Assembly (NCBI GenBank): GCA_024679065.1
Contig: JAGIQG010000012.1
Coordinates: 55,242,001 to 55,306,000, forward strand
Direction: 5' to 3'
Length of the DNA: 64,000 bases
Source: Sphyrna mokarran
Lineage: Eukaryota
In this document: piece after piece, positions 52,223 to 64,000 of the stretch
Layout: each line of letters opens with the position of its first letter
How positions within the stretch are numbered: the stretch's first letter is position 1
Notes under the pieces: generated by a model
What the model saw: the letters and a program-made list of their open reading frames with translations, nothing else
Databases searched by the model: none
What the model was told of the DNA's origin: nothing
Translations under genes and position numbers: made by a program

Positions 52223-52284
52223 CTTGTCTTCCTTCATCATTGGTAAACAAGCCAGCATCACTACTGCTGAGGCTGCTGGATTCA
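52223..52284 (-). CDS. GPATCH2: GPATCH2 exon 3 (62 nt), (S)[20 protein letters not shown](G)
   Basis: Acceptor ctttttcttattacag and donor CAAG|gtactg. Phase 2 in and phase 1 out fit the neighbouring exons. Peptide is near-identical to human [22 protein letters not shown]. Confidence 0.96.
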
Positions 52285-55200
52285 CTGTAATAAGAAAAAG
52301 AATAGATCAAAAGAACAATTGATCTCTGAATCGTAAAATTTTAAAGAGACAAGGCAACAGTCAGATAGAAGTTAAGCCTGACAAAGATCTGAGCAAAATA
52401 AGATGATTTTTTTGAATCAAACTGCAAATATCATGATTCCATTAACTACAGAGCATATTATTTTTGCTACATAAAACCACAGGAATCTAATGGGACACTG
52501 ACAGTAAGCCAGATGTGGCTGCAGTTAGGTGCTGACACAATTGATGCATTTCATTATTTGCCTCCATCAAATGTTTCCCTCTTCTTTCTTATGCCATGCT
52601 ATTTGGCTTGATCCAGGTACAGTGCTGCTCAATCAGGTCAAAATAAAATGCAAATTCTCATCAAAAGCATTGTAAGCCTTTCTTCAAGACTTGAAATAGA
52701 ATTACCACAAGATGTTATTACTTTTGGCAGCACTATTTGAAAATGATAAAAGGAAATGCATTTCATTGCAGAAAAAAATTAAAGTTCCCAGAAATTAGGA
52801 TTAATAGTCCAAATTTTAAAATAATTCTCTTTAACACTGCCTTTAGTGATTCCACATAAACCACCTTATTTTGTGTTGATTACTAAGGCAGCGAAACAAT
52901 GAAAGATGTCAGATTGTTATAGTAGGAACTTACTGTTTGTTACGTGACTGTAATCTACATCAACAAAATTCAGAGAGTAAAATACAGGATAATGGGCAAC
53001 TCAATTTATGAGTACATGTTTAATAAACACATTCAAACTAAGATTTATACCAATAACATTAGGGCTCCCAGCGTCACCCAAAGTTAATTCAAATATGCAA
53101 TTTTAGCAAATATATTGTGTTTCATTAAAAAAGCTTAAATCAGCAAGAGACATTACTTCAGCCAAGGAGCATCAGTATATATAATATGTTCAATCTACCT
53201 AGTATTGCATAAAATAACGTGGATTTTTATTATAACTCTATCATGGAGGCATTTTATCCAGATTTAGTCCCAAGATAAAATAATTTTTTTAGAATTGCAG
53301 ATTAAAAATAATCACTAATTATCCTTGGGTCTGCAATTCACTTAACAACATTTTAAAAAGTAGCTAATCAGTACAGATGCAAATTATACTGTACCACATA
53401 CGATAGGACCAAGTCAAAATGCTGCCTCAACTGCACATCATACTTTTTTCCCCTAAAGGGTTTTACTGGAATCTACAAACAGCAACCCACCAACTATCCA
53501 AAAATCAAAATTACCCACAGAGATAGCTATAACTGTTGGTTCTTAGCTAGGGGGGGAAGATGTGTGGGCCACCGCGAACGTGAAAGTATTTAAAAAATAC
53601 ACAAATATAAACTGCATTTAGTGCAACTGATTTCTTATTCATGAATATTCTGTTTCCCTAAATCTCACTTCCATAACAAATGCAATCCTTTTTGAGCACT
53701 GAATTTAATTAACCCAGTTGGAATGCCCATGAATCCATATCAACTTGCACTCTTGTATACAAGAATTTGAAAATGGTCAATTGCAATTTACTGATTGGAA
53801 ATTTTGGCAAACTTTATTGCATAAGTCATTTATCCAATTTTAAACATCGCTGCTTTCAAAACACTTCTTGTAGTGATAAGGGTTAAAGATAAAATAGGAT
53901 GTCTTTTTACAGCCTCATTTTATTAACAACTAAATATAAATAAAAAGTTTCTGGCCTTCTCTGTCTTAGAACATGTATTTACATTTTAGTCTCAAAGTAT
54001 CTTTAAATAATTGTATCTAATACAATTTAGGCAATTTTTAAAAAAAGTCAGGAATATTTTAAGCATTCATTGGGCTGAATGGGATTATGGGATTGCATTT
54101 CATGCAAAGGAACATCATACAAATAAAGCGTGCAAAACTAAACTTAGGAACATTCCAGAGTACTGGCACTTGTCTCTGAAAAGGTTAAGAATTATGTCAT
54201 GTATTTGACATGCTTCTGTATTTCCCAACTGTCACATCTAACATAGCAATAAAGTTCTCACTCTAGTTTTGAAATGTTGTCTGCTTGCCTAAAACTTAAT
54301 GAAAAATCCTGCTGACTTCTGTGTTCTAAATCAAACCAGAATTAGGTCACATGCTGAACTGTAAACATGATCATACTCCTCAGCCCTCCAGGTGACATCT
54401 CATCTGTGTGGGGGGAAAATGATTACTTACACATATCTGTGTTGTCAAAATAGTACTTCCAAGGCAATTACCATTGTGGTATGCCTCCTGCCTGGACTGG
54501 ATGGATGAGGCCTGCTGCCAAAGGGTCACTATTCCCCCCATATTTCTAACCACAAGCTCAGGTGTTTCAGCACTGTAAATTGGTCCAAGCATGTCAGCAG
54601 TTATCTGTATTCCAAGCAACCTGCAGCCATCTTATGCCATACCACACACAGAATATTTGACTGGTGCATAACAGAAGCTGATAACTTTTTGATGAAGAAC
54701 GATAACCACTGAGCATTACGGACTGGAAGTTGCTGAATGGTAACTAATCAATTTCTAAATAAGTTAACTGTATATGGCTCTGTCAACAATTCAAATCTGC
54801 CAAGCCTATTATAAGAGCTTATAATTTCAGACAACAAACCCTAATTAGTTTTGTTTTTATAGATAGTTTAAATTTAACATGCACCTTTTGAAAGGTCTGT
54901 TAAAATAGTCATAAATTCAAAAATCTCTCCCCTACTTGGCAATGATGTTTGTATCAGAATTATTATTATTTCAAATCAAATATAAGACAAATGCTCTGTG
55001 GCTTTTAAGAAGGTGAAGTGATTGAGTACCACTTCTCTTTGCCAAGTTCATCACTAGAATGCACTCCATAAGGGCGAAAAAAATTTTTTTTTGCCTCACT
55101 ACAAGCTGTTTCTTCTCCTATCTACCCATGCAAAAGCACTACACAAAAATCAACATAGAAACATGATAAGTTTATATGATCTTTATACCAGAAAACCCTC

Positions 55201-55302
55201 TCAGAGGCCCAGAACGTGCAAACACACTTTTTTGTTTATTTGAAAAGAAAATGAACAGCTGATATTTTGGGTCAATTGGTAAACTATTCAATATAGTGGA
55301 TA

Positions 55303-55633
55303 AGGATAGAACATAACAGCGCAGTACAGGCCCTTCGGCCCTCAATGTTGCACCGACCAATGGAACCACTTTTATGACCCTCTATCCTAAACTATTCCAA
55401 TGCTATCCATATGCCTATCCACTGACCATTTGAATGTCCTTAAACTTGATGAGTCCACAACTGCTGCAGGCAGGGCATTCCACGCCCTTACTACCCTCTC
55501 AGTAAAGAGCCCACCTCTAGCATCTGTCCTATAACTACCACCTCTTAATTTAAAGCTATGTCCCCTCGTGTTATCCATCTCCATCTGAGGAAAAAGGCTC
55601 TCACTATCTACCCTATCTAACCCTCTGATCATC
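55303..55633 (-). mobile_element. Relatively young CR1 3' end
   Basis: ORF 55387-55659 IRGLDRVDSESLFPQMEMDNTRGHSFKLRGGSYRTDARGGLFTERVVRAWNALP. Terminus atagaacataacagcgcagtacaggcccttcggccc. Confidence 0.92.
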
Positions 55634-55757
55634 AGCAGACCAGGAAGATCCATGATCAATATTTAGGCTGCAAAATGAAATGTGTGTGTCTGTTGTCTAT
55701 TAACATATAGGCCTAAACATTAAGATGGTCCATGAAGGCAGGTCCTATCTTTGACAA

Positions 55758-58090
55758 TTTCAACAGCAACTTGCATTTACATTAGAACAGTTAGCACAGC
55801 AAAACACAACGAAGTGCTTCACAGGAATTTAATCAGCCAAAAACTGATACAAACCCAAAGGAGGAAACATTAAGGCAGATGGACAAAAACTTGGTTAAGA
55901 GATAAGTCATAAAGGAGCAAAGATGAAAACTTTAAAGATTCAAGAAACAAATAATTTTGACTCAAGATACAGATACCTATGTGGGATGAAGGAAATGGGA
56001 ATTAAGAGGCAAAATTAGAAAAAACATAGGGTTCTCAAAGGGTTGTAGTACTGAAAGCAGTTACAGATAAAAGGCATTCACGAATTGGTAGATCAGTAAA
56101 TGCAAGATGACAGGTGAATAGCAGTTGGTGCAAACTAAGATATGGGCAGCAAAGTTTAGGGTTAACGTACAGTTATAAAGATTAGGAGCAAGAAGGGAGG
56201 TTAGCCAGCTATGCATTGAAATTATTGGGTGTGGAAATAACAATTATAGGGACAAAGGTTTCAGCAGCTGATAGGCAGGGTGCAGCTGAGTGATAGGATA
56301 TGGAGTCAAAAGCTTAGATCAAGGTCAAATAGAATACTAATGTTGGGAACAGTCTACTTCAGCTTGAGACAGCAGCCAGGGAAAGTAGATGGAATCAGTA
56401 GTTTGAGGTGGAGGACAAAGACATTTGCTTTGGTCATTATAATGTTCAATTGAAAGGAATTCTGGTTCGTCCAGGATAGTTAGATGGGTGATACAGAAGC
56501 ACAGGATAGGCTGAGTAAAATGGAATTGCATATTGTATTTTAGGGTGATGTTCAAGCTCCCTGAAAGAAAATACATGTTGGATTTGGGGCAGTAGTTCAC
56601 AGAGCCAAAGGTACCCTGGGAGGACTTTTTGAGGAGATAAGTGGTGATGGCAAATTTGAAGTGGAGGGAGATAGTGCCCAAGGAGGTGGAATGTTTATAG
56701 TATAGGGGCCAGAAGGGAAAGCTGGGTCAGTTGTTTAATGGGTCGACTGTGCATGAAGCAGGTCTTTTGGACAAAATTATGTTGTAGGGCACCAGGGAAG
56801 ATAGGAGAGAAACTAAAGATACAAATTCAGGGCTAGGGTGGGGAGCTTTAGGAAAAACGTGGCTTGATGAACAAGGAGAATGGACGGGTGCAACTAGAAG
56901 TATGGTCTCAGCCTTAATCACAAAAGCTCCATGAGCTTATCACATATGATAGGGATGCAGAGTTAAAGAGACTACTGGAGGCAGAGAAGAAGCTGGAGGA
57001 TAAAATTGCACTGTGGTTAGTATGGCTGCCTCACAGTACCAGGAACCTAGGTTCAATTCCAGCCTTGAGTAACTCTGTGGAGATTGCACATTCTCCCAGT
57101 GTTTGTAATGGGTTTCCTCTGTGTGCTCTGGTTTTCTTCCACAGTCCAAAGATAATGGATTTATTATAGTAAAATGGTATGGGGTTACAGGGATAAAGGC
57201 CCAGGTAAAATGTTCGGTGCAGATTTGATGGGTTGAATGGCTTCCTTTTGCATTGTAATCTTAAGGATTTTTTAAAATCCCGGCATAGAAAACAACTTTG
57301 GCAGAGGAGAGCAACCCCAAATATACTAGATGCAGTTTAAAGAAGTTTGGCAAAAAAAATCAAATCTTCATCCCTTGAACTTAAAATAGGGGCTGTACCA
57401 AAGGAGACAACCAGGGTGGGAGAGAGTAAGGGTTTCATTAGCATCAAAAGGTTAGATTGAGCAGATCAGTAGCTGCAGAAACGTTGTGGTGAACGGAGAA
57501 CCAACGAATGGTTAGATAGTCGGCAATTTGAAAGTGCTGTTGGAACTGACTTGGACAAAATATTTTTTTCCAGGGTTGACGAAGAAAGAAATGGCAAATA
57601 AGTGGTGACTTTACAATAAATTATCACAAATGCCCTTATCTGTGATTGAGATGATGGGAATTGGGAATAGTAAACCATACAAGGTTAAGAGAAGCCATGA
57701 ATATGGATAGGAGAGTTTATATGGAAGGAGCGATGTAGTGACCTCAAAGACAGGAATAGATGAGATAGAGTTTAACATCACTGAAGATGAGAAGTCGTTT
57801 GGTGCAGAGGCTGAGACAGCAAAGTGGTTTACATCTGAAGAAAAGTAGTATCGGGCTTAGGTGAGCAGTAGAGAACGAGGATTTTGAGCCAGAGCTGAGA
57901 GATGGAACAAGGTGATAGGCTCAAAGGCGTAGAAGGTTCCAGCAAAGTAAGGGGATAGATCAAAGTGAAATTCAGTGACAAGGACCACACTGCCATTCCA
58001 GCAATTTAAGCAGGGTGAATGATAAAAAATATAGCCTGTTGGGGAGGTTTCAATAAGGGATTGTGATCATCTAACAGCTAAGTTTCCATC
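55758..58090 (-). mobile_element. Old L2-like LINE, interrupted by a V-SINE
   Basis: L2-type terminus caacagcaacttgcatttac...aagtgcttcacagg, followed by a long purine-rich tract (C-rich on the minus strand) typical of L2 ORF2. Confidence 0.55.
57003..57262 (+). mobile_element. HE1-like V-SINE
   Basis: gtggttagtatggctgcctcacagtaccaggaacctaggttcaattcc...tgcacattctcccagtg...gatgggttgaatggcttcctt. Confidence 0.88.
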
Positions 58091-60015
58091 AAGGCCATGA
58101 TGCCAATATAAATCAGTACAGACACGAAGTATAGCAAAGTCGGTTTTTATAGAGATAAAAAAAGGCAGGACTCTTTTACCAACTCTGACATATTCCATCA
58201 ACTAGCTACAAAGCAATACTGGGAGATTTCTTACCAAGTAAATTGTATATTGTGAATCCATTTCCAAGATAACTGATTACATTGGCCCAGATTTCACTCT
58301 CACCTCTGACCTGATAGCTGTCTGCAAAGATCTAGCAATCTTTTTGGCACAGATTTCCCCTTTCCCAATGTCAGTCTGAATCTGGCATCAATTCAAGGGA
58401 ATATCCAAGTGTCCAACAACAATGATGGCACCAAGCAGAGGAAGCAGCCAATTGCACTCAAATATTTTCATCAACAGCAAACCAGGAAGTAAAATGCACT
58501 GAATTTTCAAACTTTCAATTAAGATTTTAAGAGCACAAAATAAATGACTGGGACATGTAGATGTTATTAAGGCTAAAGCTGACATATAGAAAACCGACTT
58601 CTTAAAAAATTATTTTTAAGATGTGAATTTTTCATATGTGGAGAAATTTGACATTCCACAAATATATGGTCATTTTCCAAAGCCAATTTGGCTATTCAGC
58701 AGTAATTATGAACTTAATAAGCTGCTCCATTTACACTTCATTCAAAGTGCAACAATTCCAAGGGTTGTTCCAATGAGACTAATTGTGTAATTGTGCAACA
58801 TATTGTCAGGCCAGTGATTTTACTTGACTGCAATAGCACATGGAATGAGTGGCATAGAATCACTCACAACAACCTCATTACAACTCCAAAATCTGAGCTA
58901 TTCAACAGTGCAACATAATTACTCCTCCTCATTCCTGAATAATTACTGCCTCAAGATTAAAAACTATGGCCTATTTACACAGTCATGAAACGATTGTGTA
59001 ATTCTTTCTGGGAGAACAGATCATCTTCTCTCCTTTGAATGGAAGCCCCACTTTGCATCTTTAAAGTCATAATGCATAGCTACTGTACTAATGGAGTTTG
59101 TTTTAACTCATGCATTTTCCTACAAACCATTAAAAAGCATGTTGAAAATGAATAAGTTGCAACCCATCAATGCACCATAATAATGGAACATGTATGACTT
59201 TGAACTATAGGAAGATTAGTATTCTGCCATTGCAGGTGTCCTTGCCTTCATTTAACATGACTGGTTACCACTCTGCCATTTACAGAAGTAGTACACGTAT
59301 AATTTTTAAAAATTAAAGTGTTGCTGTTTACTCAATTTTATAAATTATACTATTACATTTGTAAATTTGTAATTCTCTGTTCAGCAAAGTAGATCAGGTG
59401 TGAAATATTATCAATCCATAGCTAAGCACGATGTATTTTCTTCCTATAATTTAAAGCGAAAAACAATATTCATATTGATCAGGAAATCAAGATTCACGCC
59501 CAAATCCGTATCAGAATATTATGCCTTGCTTTGATAATTTGAAATAATGATGAAAGTAATTCTACAAAGGTTCCCCCATTATCACTAAAAAGAGAACATT
59601 GAGATTAGTATAGCTATTGAATTACTGCTCCAGTAGTTTTGCATTAACACACAAAATAACCTGTACAGGGATTGAAATACTTTATCCATGCAGTTATAAT
59701 TCTGCGTACAACAGTCATGGACATTTATGTCTATTTATTGCAAGTAGATGAGTAGATCTGAAAAATACAAGTTAATATCAAAATCACTATGGCCTAGTGC
59801 AAAGATAAACATAACAATTATTCTACAGTGGCTGGTCAGAAATTATTTGTAGCTCTACAGTTTTATTGCAACTTGAGTGCTCCCTGGTGTGCAGATTTGA
59901 AATTCAATGTGAACAAGTACCAGCACTTCTGCTGAAAGTATTTCAAACCCTGAAGTTATATTTAAATACAACAACTTGTCTCAGGATAGATAACCTGGGA
60001 CTTAATCTTAATAAC

Positions 60016-60720
60016 CTGTCACTCATGTTATCATCCGAGCCTTTCTGTTCCTCGTACTCCATTTTGTTCTTATTTGTATTGCACATTTCTTCACTTTCCA
60101 CTACAACTCCATCATCTGGGACTTCTAGTCGCTTTCTCTTTATGATCTTGTCCTTGCTGATCTCCTGAACCTGGAGATGGAAGTGGAGCTGGTTTGGTTG
60201 TATCGAGTGTCCTTCTAAGCCCATGACTGGAGTTTTGCCCTGGGTCAGTGGGTGAAGTGCATTACTGACCTCTGCTGGTGGATCTATAGCCATACGTTTG
60301 ACCTTCCTTCTCCTTCGCAAAGATCTACCACCTAAGTTACTGTCAGTAACAGAATCAGACTCATGCCACGAGTGTCTTTTTCCCCTAACTGCTGTTACAT
60401 TCAGGGAGGATAGACGTTTGGCAACTATCAAGTGATCATCTGAGTCACTGTATGTATTATTTTCCCTGTAGTCCCGAATTGCTTCATCCATGCTAGATTC
60501 AGAGCCCTCACTCATGCAGTGGCCATGCTCCCAGATGTGATGTCCAGCATCTGAACGCCTCTTCCTGCCTCTTCTTTTCCGAGCCTGCCGCTTTAGAAGG
60601 CAAGCAGCTGAACTACGGGTGGCATCATCTCCAAACTCTGGACACCCCCGTGTATGTTCAGAGGTCTCCTCTAGAGCAGAGACCAAATCATGAACCAGTT
60701 CCTCCATTGCTCTGCAGGGC
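60016..60720 (-). CDS. GPATCH2: G patch domain-containing protein 2, exon equivalent to human exon 2 (705 nt; internal ATG of MEELVHDLV at 60707)
   Basis: Translation MEELVHDLVSALEETSEH...LKRQARKRRGRKRRS...WHESD...LRRRRKVKRMAID...DDGVVVESEE...KMEYEEQKGSDDNMSD matches the recalled vertebrate GPATCH2. Acceptor ttttctctatttttaag ends at 60721. Donor AG|gttatt has GT at 60015-60014 (phase 2). Confidence 0.95.
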
Positions 60721-60986
60721 CTTAAAAATAGAGAAAACAAAAAATAATAGTTAAACATTAGAAATATTTGGCATCACTGCTTTAACTACAGATAAAATAT
60801 TAAATATAGACCATAAGACCTCTTGGAGCCTATTATTATAGATGCAAATATACTGATAAAAATACAAATGGACTTTACTTGTATGAATAATGTATGAACT
60901 GCCTTCTTTGTGCAACAAAAACTTAAGGATATCAAATCATTTTGAAGGGATTCTCTGGCAGTCTTAAGGCAAATAAAACAGTTATG

Positions 60987-60987
<1 letters not shown>

Positions 60988-61021
<34 letters not shown>
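60988..61021. repeat. (CA)n microsatellite, about 16 units
   Basis: Pure CA run about 270 bp upstream of the exon 2 acceptor; reads (UG)n in the pre-mRNA. Confidence 0.98.
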
Positions 61022-61022
<1 letters not shown>

Positions 61023-62234
61023 AGAACAGCATGTTTCTGGCTACCCGATTAATAAAGTCATAAAACCCATGTTATAAAGCATATTTCACTAACAGTTTTG
61101 ATATTGCTCCCAGAGGAGGTATATAACAAGGGGCGTATTTTGCAGAGCTTTGATTTCCATTAAAGACCACCACACTTAAAATTCTCTTTCACAGTTTAGT
61201 CCCTCTCTTATCTTTCTTTTCATAAATAGATTGTTCAACCCACAGATCTATGCTGGTGTTTATGAACGATACAGCCCATTTACATTACTTAATCTCAATC
61301 ATATCCTCCAAAGACAGAAAGATGAATTTCACAATTACATGATCAACAGCCAACCAAACTCAAAGGGAAGTAAGATTGGAGAAATGGGATTACAAAGATA
61401 ATAGCCCCATCTCTGACACACATCTTCAAGTACAGCTTTCTTGCTGCGAGTGCAGGACCTTGCTTTATCCTGTGAATCCAGAAAGTCAATAGCCTTCCAT
61501 TATTCAAATGGTCAGACTTTACAGAAAGCTATTTGACTGTGGAGGACATTGTAGCCAAGCTGGAATTTATTCTGACACAAGATCTACACTAATCAATGTT
61601 CCAGTGCTGATTTTTCCCTCCCGAGCCTAGAGGGATGAAACTAACTGTTGCACTCCAATCTAAAAATAATTAAATCATTCCACAACCCATCATTGTTTAT
61701 AAAATCAAAACCTTCGATTGAAATTGGATCCAACTGCCCCCATTTTACTCCCATAAAATTGGGACAAGATCCAATATCAATGTTCAATGTAATGCACTCC
61801 AAAGATGCCTAATAAACATTAAACAAGGGTATGTATTGAGCTAAATATTTTTTGGAATACCTCTCACTATGTGTCTGTTTGCCAGTTAACAGCTCAATTC
61901 ACTGTCACACATTCAGTTTCTATCTTATTCCTTTCAGGCACTCTGGAGTTATTTAAGAGATACTTAGATGGGCACATGAACTGAATGGGAATGGAGGGAT
62001 ATAGAAAACTGATTTAAAATAGGGATCATGAGTTTTGGGAGTCCCTGGGAAGTGTGTAAATAGTCAGTGATATTGATGTATTTGTTTTTATCCTACAGGT
62101 ACTTTGGTCCACCTTGTTGTCTAACAACGGGCATACACGCAATGGGTCGTGAGAGGGCTGCTCTTGGATTTTTTTTTCCAAGAGTATCCTAGTGCTTCAC
62201 GTCGTTAGTGTACGCCTGACCTGGACCATTTGAT

Positions 62235-62545
62235 GGGCAACACGACAGCTCAGTGACTATCGCTGTGCTGTGTCGATACATAGATTTGGGCCTGTGTCTG
62301 TTGGAGTTTGCACATTCTCCCCGTGCTTGCGTGGGTTTTCTCCAGGTGCTCCGGTTTCCTCCTACATCCCAAAGATGTGCTCTTAGGCTGATTGGCAGAA
62401 CAAATTCTCCCTAAATTGTCTCAAATTTGGTTTCAATCTATAGATCTATAGACAGCGATGACGGGTAGAAGTGGGAACATCGAGGTGGCGGCACGGGCTT
62501 GTTGGGCCGAAGGACCTGTTTCCCGTGCTGTTTTGTTCTTTGCTC
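62235..62545 (+). mobile_element. V-SINE variant with CR1-type tail
   Basis: ggagtttgcacattctccccgtgcttgcgtgggttttctccaggtgctccggtttcctcc...gggccgaaggacctgtttcccgtgctg. Confidence 0.85.
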
Positions 62546-62639
62546 TAAGTCAACCTTACTTCAGTTTGCAACTAACTTTGTGTGTAATTTTACTGCTGGT
62601 TAAACTTCCTGTCAAACTCTTATCATCTTATTTCTTTAA

Positions 62640-63000
62640 TTTGATTTATTATTGTTATACGTATTAGTATACAGTGAAAAATATTGTTTCTTGTGTGCTA
62701 TACAGACAAAGCAGACCATACGTAGGGAAGGAAAGAAGTGCAGAATGTAGTGTTACAGTCATAGCTAGGGTGTAGAGAAAGATCAACTTAATGCGGGGAA
62801 GGTTCATGCAAAAGTTTGATAGTAGCAGGGAAAAAGCTGTTCTTGAGTTCGTTGATAAGTGATCTCAAACTTCTTTTTCCTGACGGAAGACATTACATCT
62901 GGGATACATGGGGTCCTTGATTATGCTGGTTGATTTTCCAAGACAGTGGGAAGTGTGGACAGAGTTAACAGATGGGAAGCTGGTTTGCTTAATGAACTGA
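62640..63000 (-). mobile_element. Rex1/Babar-type LINE 3' end
   Basis: Peptide SFPSVNSVHTSHCLGKSTSIIKDPMYP resembles the Rex1 C-terminus (CLRKA.SIIKDP.HP). Terminus region tttattattgttatacgtattagtatacagtgaaaa. Confidence 0.75.
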
Positions 63001-64000
63001 TTGCAAGAGGGCATCTTGTAAATAGTAATCAGATTATTGGTTAAATATTGTTCATTGTGAAATAAAGTATGGTTTGTTGTTAAACATTTTGGATCTAATT
63101 TTAAGGGAGTTGAAGGGTGAGTACTGTGCACATGTACTCTTAAGTAGGTGGTTAAACCAGAGACCCCAAAAGCAGGGAAGCTGTCAATCTTAATTTTTCT
63201 CCACTTTTGCCCAAATCTGGACAATCAGTGAAAGCTGCAAATTCAGATATCAGGAGAACAGATGAAGCCGAAGTTCTGCTGGACAAATTATGAGCAGTCC
63301 AACAAATGGTGCAGTGAGGTTCTGGACATTATTGGAGAGAGAGGTTTGATTCAGTTGGATTGGGGGTGGGTGCTTCTACAATCAATTTGGGGTGGGGGCA
63401 GACGGCAGTGGCAAGGAAGACCATCTACATTTTACTGAAACATGCAGTGCACTCCTGCTCTTCCTAATTCATTGAAGCTGTCCTGGCCTGCCAGCCCTTT
63501 CTCAATGGGTTTGTCTTGACAATGAATCAGACCTGGAACTAAAATAGCAGATTGAAGCTTGATGACAATTTAAAGAACAAAACAACCCTGCCTTCATGGG
63601 GCGGGTTTCCTTTTTGCCTGCTCAAAGCAAATCAACAACAGTACACATTGGGAAGTCAGCGGATAAATCATTGTTTGCATTTTAAATACTCCCAGTCAGG
63701 TTTCCAATAGGCAGGAGTAAAAAATTAGGATTGTGATTTTCTGAAGCAATCTTGAATGCAAACTAGAAATGCATTACCTTTACAACTTGAGCTAATTCGT
63801 AATGTCTCTGTAAAAGCTAAAATCTCATTATTGTCACCTTTACAACATGCCTTCCTGATCATCAAAATTATACATCCTGTTACAGTATCATGATTATTAG
63901 AAGTTCTTTAGACAACTCTCACCATAGAATTGCATCCATTGCTTTTTTAAAATATAATTCTAACCAAAATTACATTAGACTCCTCACGTACACTAAAGAG

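Noticed and set aside
56319-56327. TCAAGGTCA ERR response element
   Set aside because: It is a single 9-mer inside a decayed L2-like repeat, compatible with chance.
59943-60758. 271-aa ORF as a complete single-exon gene
   Set aside because: Its ends (MFNYYFLFSLFL and LLRLSPRLSIL...) are intronic read-through beyond the splice sites at 60721 and 60015.
62060-62230. Plus-strand acceptor-like site (ttttatcctacag) suggesting an antisense exon
   Set aside because: It sits between repeat fragments, with no convincing donor or recognisable peptide.

Overview
This is eukaryotic, AT-rich vertebrate DNA whose repeat content (HE1-type V-SINEs, Deu-domain SINEs, CR1, L2, Rex1 and Penelope elements) points to a cartilaginous fish. 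The whole window lies inside one minus-strand gene, GPATCH2. Four coding exons are recognisable, with canonical GT-AG sites and compatible phases: 60016-60720, 52223-52284, 39235-39417 and 37412-37491 (equivalent to human exons 2-5). I did not find exon 1 or the G-patch-encoding 3' exons, so they probably lie outside the window. The rest is intron, made of layered retroelement insertions alternating with repeat-poor blocks that may be conserved enhancers. The most notable observation is a LINE family whose 5' end is a tRNA-like head joined to the endonuclease region in two separate copies, together with short head+tail and head+RT deletion derivatives. Other observations are a 144-bp near-perfect inverted repeat, several local templated duplications, a Penelope element with inverted pLTRs and decayed hammerhead cores, a Vingi-like fragment, an imperfect ~130-bp hairpin and candidate cryptic exons. 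Repeat family names come from recalled consensus sequences, not database searches, and repeat boundaries are approximate.
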